Positions 36,971-45,908 of a DNA stretch of 64,000 nt are shown piece after piece. A program made the translations under genes and the position numbers. The notes under the pieces are model-generated. The model searched no databases, had not been told where the DNA came from, and was given only the letters and a program-made list of their open reading frames with translations. Positions within the stretch are counted from its first letter, which is position 1, and every line of letters starts with the position of its first letter. This DNA comes from Gemmatimonadaceae bacterium (GTDB lineage: Bacteria > Gemmatimonadota > Gemmatimonadetes > Gemmatimonadales > Gemmatimonadaceae): contig JBJMOW010000004.1 of assembly GCA_045803545.1 (NCBI GenBank), positions 992,001 to 1,056,000 on the forward strand. The letters are read 5' to 3'.

Positions 36971-39900
36971 ATGGGATTTGTTGAGCTTCGTGCCCATACC
37001 GCCTTTTCGTTCGGCGACGGCGGCACCTCACCCGAGGCGCTTGCTGCCCGTGCTGCATCACTCGGCTACCGTGCGCTGGGCATAACCGATACGGCCGATC
37101 TGGGCGGCATCGTTCGATTTTGTCTGGAAGCGAGACGAGTCGGGCTGAAAGCGATTGTTGGCGCCGAGCTCAATATCGATGGCTGTCCCGTCGCCTTTCT
37201 GGCGCAGAACAAAACCGGGTTCAACAACATCGCCTCGCTTGTAACGAGGTCGCGAGTTGGCGAGCTATCGACGTGGCAGAAAGGAGACGGCAAGAAAACG
37301 CGGGGTCGGCCGCGACTATCGTGGCAACAGGTAGCTGAGCGGAGCGAAGGAGTGCAGGTGCTGACCGGCCCGCTCACGGGTCCGGTCGCATCTCACCTCC
37401 GCAACGGCGAGTATCGTGAAGCGGAACACACGCTGTGCCGGTGGCGATCCGTTTTTGGTGAGCGACTCGCCGTCGAAGTGCAGCTGCATCACGCCAGCGG
37501 TACCGAAGCCGCGCTCGGTGCTGCCTTGATCGAGCTGGCCGAGCGACACAACGTGCCGTGGGTCATCTGCCACGAGCCGCGCTACATCGACAACGGCACG
37601 CGACTCGTCCACGATGTTCTGACATCGCTGCGCTACGATGCGACCATCGACGACGCTGTCGCGCGCGGACTACTACATCCAAATGGTGAGTGGCGTCTCG
37701 TCTCGGCCGAGGAGATGGGTCAGCGATGGAAAGGTCGCGAGCAAGGACTCGAGGAGAGTGAGCGCATCGCCGACGAGTGCGATTTCAATCTCTCATGGGT
37801 TCGTCCGCCTCTGCCAAAGTTTCCTGTTCCGCCCGGTTACGACGACGACACCTTCCTGCACGAGAAAGCTTTCGAGGGTGCGCGTGAGCGTTGGGGCGAA
37901 CTCGACCAAAAGCAAATCGATCAGCTGAACCACGAGCTGCGGGTGATCGGTAATCTCGGCTTCGCGGGATTTTTCCTCGTGATGTGGGACGCGGTGCATT
38001 TCGCCAAGTCGAAAGGGATTCTCTGCCAGGGTCGCGGCAGCGCCGCCAACTCGGCGGTGGCTTATTGTCTCGCGATCACGGCGGTAGATCCGGTTCGGCA
38101 TGGTCTGCTGTTCGAGCGATTTCTCTCGGAGATCCGCGTCGATGGGCAGACTGAAGCGCCGGACATCGATGTCGACATCGAGCACGATCGCCGAGAGGAA
38201 GTGCTCGACTATGTCTATGGGAAGTACAATCGCGCGCAGGCGGCGATCACCTGCGTCGTGCAGATGTACCGCGGGCCGAATGCAATTCGCGATTCAATGC
38301 GCGCCTTCGGTTATCCGGTGGAGATGGCGAACAACATCTCCAAGCGCATCCATTGGAGCGATCCTGCCGAAGGGGCGAAGTACGTGGAGCAGGAGCTCGC
38401 GCCAAAGCTCGGCATCGATTTCGACAATCCGCGTGGACGTGCGACGCTGGCAGCGATGGCAGCGTTCGAAGGAGTGCCGCGTCTGCGCTCGACGCACGTC
38501 GGTGGCTTCGTACTCTCGTCTGCTCTGCTCGGCGATTACATGCCCGTCGAGCACACGACGATGGGTCGCACAATCATCCAGTTCGACAAAGATGATCTCG
38601 ATGCGGTCGGAGTTCCCAAGTTCGATTTTCTGGGACTCGGTGCGCTGTCGCTGGTGAGACGCGCGTTCGACATGATCGAGGTACGCACGGGAACGCGGCC
38701 GGAGATGTACAGGCTGCCGCCCGACGATGAGAAAACCTACGAGCTGATCGCGAGCGGTGAGACGATTGGCACCTTCCAGATCGAGAGTCGAGCGCAGATC
38801 GCTTCAGTGTTGCACACGAAGCCCGATCGGTTATACGACATCGTCGTGCAGGTGGCGCTGATTCGTCCCGGTCCGATCCAGGCAAACTTCGTCCATCCAT
38901 ATACTGCGCGCCGTCGCGGACTCGAGCCGGTGACGTATCAGCATCCCGATCTGGAGCCGATTCTCAAGAGGACGCAGGGCATTCCGATTTTCCAGGAGCA
39001 GGCGATGGCGATCGCGATGAAGCTCGGTGGTTACTCGGCGGCTCAGGCCGACGAGCTGCGCCGCACCATGGGACACATCAGAAAAGTCGAGAAACTGCAC
39101 CGCGTGCTCGAACAGCTCCGACAGCGCATGGTTGAGCGCGGAGTCACTGAAGATGTCGCGACCAGGATCGCCGAGGATCTAAAGAGCTTCGCGAATTATG
39201 GATTCCCGGAGTCGCACGCCTGGAGCTTCGCACTGATCGCTTACGCGACGGGTTATCTCAAGGCTCACTATACGGCGGAGTTCTACGCCGGATTGCTGAA
39301 TTCTTATCCGATGGGATTCTATCCGCCGTCGACATTGATACATGATGCTCGCCGCCACGGTTTACAAGTCTTGCCGCCTTGCATGCGCGATGGCGACTGG
39401 GAATGCACCACCGAGCCGACTGACAATCCTGACCGCCCCGCGCTCAGAATCGGCTGGCGCCACATCCGCGGACTCGGCGAGAAATCACTCGACGCGCTCA
39501 AGGCAGCGAGAGGGTGGGATCGATTCTCTTCGATCGACGATGTCATCGACAGAGCAAAGCTCCAGCGCACTGATGCACTGCAGCTGGCGCGCGCCGGCGC
39601 TTTCGCGTGCTGGGAGCCTGATCGACGTCGCGCGGCATGGGTGGCAATGCGGGCGGTGGGAGATTGTCTACCGCTGGCGCCGGCGCGTCATGTACCGTAC
39701 GAGCCGCGTCCGCTGACGCGAGACGAGCTGATCTTCCTCGACTATTTCTCGGTCGGCATCAGCGTCAGCGGGCATCCCATGGAGCATCTGCGCGACGAGC
39801 TGCGCGGCAAGGGCGTACTCGATTCCAAACAGCTACTGAAGCTGAAGGGCGGGGAATGGATCAAGACTGCCGGCCTCGTCACCATCCGCCAGCAGCCGCA

Positions 39901-40129
39901 GAGCGCAAAAGGAACTGTATTTCTGCTGATGGAGGATGAGTTCGGCTTCATCAACGTCATCGTCTCGAAGAAGATGGTCGAGGAGTACGCGGAGGTAGTG
40001 AGGTTCTCGACCTTCGTGCTGGTAGAAGGGAAGTTCGAGCGCGACGACGGCGTGCGGAACGTCATCGGCAGGAAATTCAGTGAGCTCGAGGTGAAGGAGC
40101 TGGTTCATGCCTCCAGGGACTTTCATTAG
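36971..40129 (+). CDS. dnaE2: Error-prone DNA polymerase III alpha paralogue (ImuC)
   Basis: PHP domain, GRGSAANS, PDIDVD, FQIESRAQ, YGFPESHA, OB fold and C-terminal SRDFH signature of DnaE2. Confidence 0.96.
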   Translation: MGFVELRAHTAFSFGDGGTSPEALAARAASLGYRALGITDTADLGGIVRFCLEARRVGLKAIVGAELNIDGCPVAFLAQNKTGFNNIASLVTRSRVGELSTWQKGDGKKTRGRPRLSWQQVAERSEGVQVLTGPLTGPVASHLRNGEYREAEHTLCRWRSVFGERLAVEVQLHHASGTEAALGAALIELAERHNVPWVICHEPRYIDNGTRLVHDVLTSLRYDATIDDAVARGLLHPNGEWRLVSAEEMGQRWKGREQGLEESERIADECDFNLSWVRPPLPKFPVPPGYDDDTFLHEKAFEGARERWGELDQKQIDQLNHELRVIGNLGFAGFFLVMWDAVHFAKSKGILCQGRGSAANSAVAYCLAITAVDPVRHGLLFERFLSEIRVDGQTEAPDIDVDIEHDRREEVLDYVYGKYNRAQAAITCVVQMYRGPNAIRDSMRAFGYPVEMANNISKRIHWSDPAEGAKYVEQELAPKLGIDFDNPRGRATLAAMAAFEGVPRLRSTHVGGFVLSSALLGDYMPVEHTTMGRTIIQFDKDDLDAVGVPKFDFLGLGALSLVRRAFDMIEVRTGTRPEMYRLPPDDEKTYELIASGETIGTFQIESRAQIASVLHTKPDRLYDIVVQVALIRPGPIQANFVHPYTARRRGLEPVTYQHPDLEPILKRTQGIPIFQEQAMAIAMKLGGYSAAQADELRRTMGHIRKVEKLHRVLEQLRQRMVERGVTEDVATRIAEDLKSFANYGFPESHAWSFALIAYATGYLKAHYTAEFYAGLLNSYPMGFYPPSTLIHDARRHGLQVLPPCMRDGDWECTTEPTDNPDRPALRIGWRHIRGLGEKSLDALKAARGWDRFSSIDDVIDRAKLQRTDALQLARAGAFACWEPDRRRAAWVAMRAVGDCLPLAPARHVPYEPRPLTRDELIFLDYFSVGISVSGHPMEHLRDELRGKGVLDSKQLLKLKGGEWIKTAGLVTIRQQPQSAKGTVFLLMEDEFGFINVIVSKKMVEEYAEVVRFSTFVLVEGKFERDDGVRNVIGRKFSELEVKELVHASRDFH

Positions 40130-40173
40130 CCCTCCGCCTTCCCGCCTCCCGCGTCCCTCCTTATCCTTGGCTG

Positions 40174-41238
40174 ATGCGGCAAGAGAAACAACCTGGACGC
40201 GCGTTCGCGAGTGACAATTGGGCCGGAGTTCACCCGGAAGTGCTGGCGGCGCTGGCCGCGGCGAACGTCGGCCACGTTCCCTCATACGGCGACGACTCCT
40301 ATACCCACGAAGCCGTAAGCAGAATCCGACGCGAGCTGGGTGAAGACGCTGAGGTCTTTCTCGTCTTCAGCGGCACTGCTGCCAACGTCCTCTGTCTGCA
40401 AAGCATGGTGCAGTCTCACCAGGCGGTGATCTGCGCCGAGACGGCTCACGTGCACGTGCACGAGTGTGGCGCGGCGGAGAAGCACATCGGCTGCAAGCTG
40501 CTGCCGGTGCCGGCGCCCAATGGCAAGATCACCGTCGCCGGCATTCGCGAGCATCTGCACGACATCGGTAATGAGCATCACGTCCAACCGCGTGCGATCA
40601 CCATCACGCAGGCGACTGAGTACGGGACCGTCTACACGCCGCAAGAGATCAGAGCGATCGCGGACTTTGCCCACACCCACTCACTGCTGCTCCACATGGA
40701 CGGCGCGCGGATCTTCAACGCTGCTGTCCATCTCGATGTGCCCCTGAGAGCCATCACCAGCGGAGCCGGGATCGATGCACTCTCCTTTGGCGGTACCAAG
40801 AATGGACTAATGGCGGCGGAAGCCGCTGTGTTCTTCAAGCCCGTCCTGGCCGATGACTTCGAGTTCAAGCGCATGCAGAACATGCAGCTCTCATCGAAGA
40901 TGAGATTCATCGCCGCGCAGTTCAACGCGCTTCTCAGCAACGATCTGTGGAAACGCAGTGCCTCGCACGCCAACCGGATGGCACAGGTTCTTGCACGAGG
41001 TCTGTCCGAGATCGAGGGAATTACTCTGACTCAGGAAGTGCAGGCCAATGAAGTGTTCGCGACTATTCCGGAGAAAGTGATCCCGAAGCTGCAGGAGAGC
41101 TGGCCATTTCATGTCTGGAACGAGAAGACTTTCGAGGCGCGATTGATCACCTCATTCGACACGACCGAGGACGACATCTCCGATTTTCTCGACCTGCTGC
41201 GGGAGAAGGTGGGATCACGGGAGAAGCAATGGACCTGA
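40174..41238 (+). CDS. Low-specificity L-threonine aldolase family
   Basis: FASDN, HMDGAR, SFGGTKNG, SKMRF. Confidence 0.9.
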   Translation: MRQEKQPGRAFASDNWAGVHPEVLAALAAANVGHVPSYGDDSYTHEAVSRIRRELGEDAEVFLVFSGTAANVLCLQSMVQSHQAVICAETAHVHVHECGAAEKHIGCKLLPVPAPNGKITVAGIREHLHDIGNEHHVQPRAITITQATEYGTVYTPQEIRAIADFAHTHSLLLHMDGARIFNAAVHLDVPLRAITSGAGIDALSFGGTKNGLMAAEAAVFFKPVLADDFEFKRMQNMQLSSKMRFIAAQFNALLSNDLWKRSASHANRMAQVLARGLSEIEGITLTQEVQANEVFATIPEKVIPKLQESWPFHVWNEKTFEARLITSFDTTEDDISDFLDLLREKVGSREKQWT

Positions 41239-41933
41239 AGAACGCCGCGGTGCTCGTAACTGGCGCCAGCTGTGGCATCGGCTTCGAGACAGCGCGTCTG
41301 TTGCGTGAGCGCGGGGCGCGGGTTGCCGTGTGCGCGCGTCACAAAAGCGAGCTGGAGGCATCCGCAAGCCAGATCGACGCGCTGCCGATCGTCGCCGATG
41401 TGAGCAAGGAAGATGACGTGCTGCGCATGATCGACGTGGTGGTCAAGGAGTTCGACGACTATAACGTGCTGATCAACAACGCCGGATTCGGCTCGTTTGG
41501 TCCACTGATCGAGCTTACGAGCGATGACTTCTTCAGCGTTTGGCGCACCAATGTGCTGGGCGCGATGATGGTCGCGCGGGAGTCAGCCAGACATTTCGTC
41601 GGCCGCAATTACGGCAACATCGTCAACATATCCTCGACGGCGGGACAGCGCGGATTCGCCAATGGCACCGCCTACTGTGCGAGCAAATTCGCGCTGCACG
41701 GAATGACCGAGTGCTGGAGGGCGGAGTTGCGGCAGCACAACATCCGCGTGATGCAAGTTAACCCGAGCGAAGTGTTGACAGGCTTCGGTGCCGAGTCGCG
41801 TAGTGAGGAGCGACCCGACAATCCCTCGAAGCTCCATGCGCCTGATGTCGCGCAGACAATCGTCAGCATGCTGGAGACCGCGGATCGCGGCTTCATCACC
41901 GAATCCACGCTCTGGGCGACGAATCCGCAGTAA
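41229..41933 (+). CDS. Short-chain dehydrogenase/reductase
   Basis: TGASCGIG, NNAG, YCASK. Confidence 0.92.
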   Translation: MDLKNAAVLVTGASCGIGFETARLLRERGARVAVCARHKSELEASASQIDALPIVADVSKEDDVLRMIDVVVKEFDDYNVLINNAGFGSFGPLIELTSDDFFSVWRTNVLGAMMVARESARHFVGRNYGNIVNISSTAGQRGFANGTAYCASKFALHGMTECWRAELRQHNIRVMQVNPSEVLTGFGAESRSEERPDNPSKLHAPDVAQTIVSMLETADRGFITESTLWATNPQ

Positions 41934-42044
41934 AGGACTTCTACGTCCACGCCGGGCTCATACTACGTAAGACGGCGTAACGCGTAATCGCGGGGTTGCG
42001 GGTAGTGTGGGGCAGCTTGACTGCCAACCCAAACCCGGCCCCCA

Positions 42045-42722
42045 ATGAATGCACAAATAACGGATCCAGCGGTCACCCTCACCGATTACGGGCTCGCAGT
42101 CGAGTGCGCTGTGATCGTCGGGCTATTGCTGCGAACGCAGGTCAGCGACGAGGTACTTCGCATATGGCTCGTCGTTTTCTTTGGCGCCGCGAGTGCTGCT
42201 TCGCTACTCGGCGGAACGGTCCACGGTTTCTTCAAGCCGGCGAATAGTCGTGGCCGCGCGATCCTGTGGCCCGCGACGCTGATCTCGATTCTCGGTAGTG
42301 GATTGGCTGTGTCGTTCATCGCCGCGCACATCGAGCTGAACAACGAGGCGGAGCAGATGGCGCGCGCAGTAGCCCTAGTGCTCATGAGTCTGATGGCGCT
42401 CGCGGTGCTGTTCGCCAGTCACAGCTTCGCGATTGCGATCGCGGGTTATGTACCTCCCAGCCTTTTTTTACTTCACGCGTTTATCTCGGCGTACGAGCGC
42501 AGTGGCGCTCCCGCTCTCAGATGGGGAATTGCCGGCGTTTTACTCTCCATTCTCGGTGCGGCAATGCAGCGCCTGCGCGTCGGCGTGCATGGACGCTATC
42601 TCGATCACAACGCCTTCTATCACGTGATTCAGGGCGTTGCATTCTGGATGATCTACAAAGGAGCGCACTTCGTCTCAACCACACTGCCATCCATCGGGAG
42701 GACTGATGCTATTACGTCGTGA
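42045..42722 (+). CDS. Multi-TM membrane protein (DUF6962-like)
   Basis: P...LTDY, GGTVHGF and DHNAFYHVIQ motifs; about 7 TM. Confidence 0.7.
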   Translation: MNAQITDPAVTLTDYGLAVECAVIVGLLLRTQVSDEVLRIWLVVFFGAASAASLLGGTVHGFFKPANSRGRAILWPATLISILGSGLAVSFIAAHIELNNEAEQMARAVALVLMSLMALAVLFASHSFAIAIAGYVPPSLFLLHAFISAYERSGAPALRWGIAGVLLSILGAAMQRLRVGVHGRYLDHNAFYHVIQGVAFWMIYKGAHFVSTTLPSIGRTDAITS

Positions 42723-44205
42723 CTTCCTGAAGCTCGCTGCCAACGTCGGTGTCGCCAGCGCGGTCTCAGTAAAGGAATCGACCGAAGTTGAGACACCCCA
42801 GGACACCCGCGTGTCGGTCAACGATGTTCACTCGCAGCTGAACCCAACGCGAGTAGGTGAGATCGTGCTACCGGGATCGATCGAAGCAATTCGGTCGACG
42901 ATCAGGACAGCGCATGATCAATCGCGCCCCATCAGCATCGCCGGTGGGCGGCACGCGATGGGCGGCCAGCAGTTCGCGGCCAATGCAACCCTCCTCGACA
43001 TGAACGGCATGACACGCGTGCTCGAGTTCGATCGCGACAAAGGAGAAATCGAAGTCGAAGCGGGAATTCAGTGGCCCCAGCTCTACAAGTATCTCGTCGA
43101 TAGCCAGCGCGGCGAGACGCAATCGTGGACATTCGTTCAAAAGCAAACCGGAGCCGACAATCTCAGTATTGGCGGTGCACTCGCCGCCAATATTCATGGA
43201 CGGGGACTGGCATTGCGTCCCTTTGTCGCTGACGTGATCGCGTTTACGATCGTAGGATCCGACTGCGTGGTTCGGCGCTGCAGCCGCAACCAGAACAGCG
43301 AGCTATTCCGCGCTGCAATTGGCGGCTATGGGCTCTTCGGTCCGTTTGTCACCGCGCGACTGCGTCTGGTGCGGCGCCACAAGGTTCAGCGCGTCGTCGA
43401 AGTAATCGATATCGAACACCTTTCCGAGATGTTCGTGTGTCGGATCGGCGACGGGTTCCAATACGGTGACTTCCAGTTCGCGACCGAGCTAACTCACGAA
43501 AAGCTGTTACGCAAAGGAGTGTTCTCGTGCTATCGGCCGGTTGACGACTCTACGCCGATGCAAACAAGCCGGATTCACCTCGAGTCGGAAAACTGGCGCG
43601 AGCTCATCTACCTGGCGCACGTCGATCGCGCCCGGGCGTTCGACGCTTACTCGAGCTACTATCTGACGACTTCGGGCCAGTACTACTGGTCGGATGAGCA
43701 TCAGATGAGCACTCACGTCCCCGATTACCACGAGGCGCTGGCATCACGCCTCGGACATTTCGCACACGGCAGTGAGATGATCACCGAGATCTATGTCCCG
43801 CGAGAGGCGCTGTCGCGGTTTCTCAGCGATGTTCGCGCCGACTTTATCGCGAATCAGACTGATTTGATCTACGGGACGATCAGATTAATCGAGGCCGATG
43901 GTGAGACGAAGCTGCAATGGGCAAAGCAGTCATGCGCCTGCGTGATCTTCAATCTCCACGTTTCGCCCGATGGTGCAGGGATCGAAAAGGCAAAGCGGGA
44001 ATTTCTTCAGCTGATCGATCGTGGCCTCTCCTACGGCGGGAGTTACTATCTCACCTATCATCGCTGGGCGGAGCCGCGGCAGGTGATCGCCGCCTATCCC
44101 GAATTCCCGGCTTTCCTGAAACTCAAGCGAGAGCACGATCCCACCGAAGTTTTTCAGAGCGATTGGTATCGACATTACCGCCGCATGTTCATGGACGGTG
44201 ACTGA
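42706..44205 (+). CDS. FAD-binding oxidoreductase (VAO/PCMH type) with Tat-like signal
   Basis: RRDFLK; GGRHAMGGQ, SIGG...NIHGRG, GGYGLFG, GGSYYLTYH, DP..VFQSDWY. Confidence 0.85.
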   Translation: MLLRRDFLKLAANVGVASAVSVKESTEVETPQDTRVSVNDVHSQLNPTRVGEIVLPGSIEAIRSTIRTAHDQSRPISIAGGRHAMGGQQFAANATLLDMNGMTRVLEFDRDKGEIEVEAGIQWPQLYKYLVDSQRGETQSWTFVQKQTGADNLSIGGALAANIHGRGLALRPFVADVIAFTIVGSDCVVRRCSRNQNSELFRAAIGGYGLFGPFVTARLRLVRRHKVQRVVEVIDIEHLSEMFVCRIGDGFQYGDFQFATELTHEKLLRKGVFSCYRPVDDSTPMQTSRIHLESENWRELIYLAHVDRARAFDAYSSYYLTTSGQYYWSDEHQMSTHVPDYHEALASRLGHFAHGSEMITEIYVPREALSRFLSDVRADFIANQTDLIYGTIRLIEADGETKLQWAKQSCACVIFNLHVSPDGAGIEKAKREFLQLIDRGLSYGGSYYLTYHRWAEPRQVIAAYPEFPAFLKLKREHDPTEVFQSDWYRHYRRMFMDGD

Positions 44206-44216
44206 GCGACCCGTGA

Positions 44217-44690
44217 CTAGCTGTGGATAGCTGGCTTCTCGGCTTCACGCAGCTGAGATCCATATCGATAGTGATAGTGTCCGTACACGAGGAGCCATGT
44301 CGCAAGCACCAGGTGAAAAACTGTCGGAATGTAAGACGTGAACCAGCGGCTCTCGCGATAAACCGTAAGGCCGAGAAGAAGTCGAGCGAACATCGCCAGA
44401 AAATAGATAGATCCGAACACCAGAAAAAACACGCCGCGGCGGGACCCCGGAGCGATGTCTCCATCGCCAAATCTCGCCGCGGTTCGCGCGAACCAGGCGA
44501 TGATGAAAAGCTGAGCCATAAGTAAAGCCGGATAAGGCAGAACGCCGCTGTGCCACGACTCGAATCGTGGTAACAGCCGGAATTCAACAACCAGTGCCAG
44601 TGGTTGCGCGACTACCCTTAGGACGAAGAGCGCCAGTAAGAGCCAGAGCCAGAGAGCATACGACTTCGAAGGATTCTGATTTAAACCAAT
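44217..44690 (-). CDS. Hypothetical membrane protein; start unresolved
   Basis: The frame of ORF 44217-44519 stays open and hydrophobic upstream ([19 protein letters not shown]...WHSGVLPYP) to a TAG at 44697-99, with no ATG/GTG/TTG. Confidence 0.55.
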   Translation of the reverse strand: MGLNQNPSKSYALWLWLLLALFVLRVVAQPLALVVEFRLLPRFESWHSGVLPYPALLMAQLFIIAWFARTAARFGDGDIAPGSRRGVFFLVFGSIYFLAMFARLLLGLTVYRESRWFTSYIPTVFHLVLATWLLVYGHYHYRYGSQLREAEKPAIHS

Positions 44691-45208
44691 CGTACGCTAA
44701 GTCCTGAGTTCGGTCTTCCCATTGCAGTCACTCCCGGATCGGAGCTTTGCTCGCCCCGCAGATATTTTAGAACTTCTTCAGCGGGCAGGCGACGACCTTC
44801 GAGCTGCGCGGACTCGGCGCGCGGCTCCATCGACAGTCGAGCGCGATAGACCTCGACGACCTGTCGTCCTTCCTCGAGCGCACGCAACGCAACACCGCGC
44901 ATGTAGTAGCGATTGAAATCGCCTTCCGCCAGCATCCTCGATGCCATGTCCGGCAGCTTCACCGCCGCCTGTCCCCCACCGCGAGTGCGTCGCGGCTCGA
45001 AGTCGACCATCAGATCCGAAGCGTGCTCCTCGAGCCATCGGTCATCGTAGTATCGCAACGCTTCATGTAGATATCGTTGATAGTCGGCGATCGCCGTCGG
45101 TCGAATTCGTTCCGACGTGTGATAGTGGCCACTAGCGATGTCAGCGTCCAGCTCGGCGATGGCAAAACGACGGGTGGTCGGGTCCAGGGATTCGTATTGT
45201 AAAGGCAT
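44681..45208 (-). CDS. Conserved hypothetical protein
   Basis: [13 protein letters not shown]...VYRA...PNSGLSVRL; globular composition. Confidence 0.75.
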   Translation of the reverse strand: MPLQYESLDPTTRRFAIAELDADIASGHYHTSERIRPTAIADYQRYLHEALRYYDDRWLEEHASDLMVDFEPRRTRGGGQAAVKLPDMASRMLAEGDFNRYYMRGVALRALEEGRQVVEVYRARLSMEPRAESAQLEGRRLPAEEVLKYLRGEQSSDPGVTAMGRPNSGLSVRLV

Positions 45209-45298
45209 AACGTCACCAAAATGCGAGAGTCACAAAAACACAATCGCACGACGCAGGCCGTTGCTACAGAAGAGGATACTACCTCAGCAGTAGCGCGA

Positions 45299-45838
45299 CT
45301 ATTGCTGAGTTTTTGCGAGATTAAATAGTCGGCTCGCCAGATAGAGCACCGCGACAAGAGCGACCACGTTGAGCCCAATGACCGTCGCGGGGAATGCGGG
45401 ATCGTGCAGCACGAGAAACGTGCCTTCAAATCCCCATGGCTTCCAGATTCTCGGCCCGCCGAAACGAAGCGTCCACTGCAATCCCGTCACGTATCGCACG
45501 GCGGTGTGGGCGATGATTACCGGCAAAACCTGAAAAAGCTGAAGTCCCAGTGACACCGCGAGTCCGGAGCGCCTGCCACTCCACAGCAGGACGCCGGCGA
45601 CTACAGTGAGAATCATCAGTGGAATGCCGAGCATGATCTCGACTGGGCGGGCATCGCCGCTCAACGCCTCGAGCACCAACGCGACCAGCGTCCCGAGACC
45701 GAAAACAATTTGAATCAGCGCAAGCAGACGATCGAGCAAGCTGTAGATCTGCTTCTCGCGCACCAATCGTTGCTGACTGCTGACGGCCCGCGCAGCTGCG
45801 TGTTCGCCAGTGATTGGTGGAATTGGCGTCGATGTCAT
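45299..45838 (-). CDS. Hypothetical membrane protein
   Basis: Four hydrophobic segments; start set at MTSTP to avoid overlap with the divergent gene. Confidence 0.6.
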   Translation of the reverse strand: MTSTPIPPITGEHAAARAVSSQQRLVREKQIYSLLDRLLALIQIVFGLGTLVALVLEALSGDARPVEIMLGIPLMILTVVAGVLLWSGRRSGLAVSLGLQLFQVLPVIIAHTAVRYVTGLQWTLRFGGPRIWKPWGFEGTFLVLHDPAFPATVIGLNVVALVAVLYLASRLFNLAKTQQ

Positions 45839-45908
45839 CGAACCTCTTACGGTTGCCGCCCGTGAATTGGTTTCAGGGGTAAATTGCATTTGAACAATCG
45901 ACGAAGCC

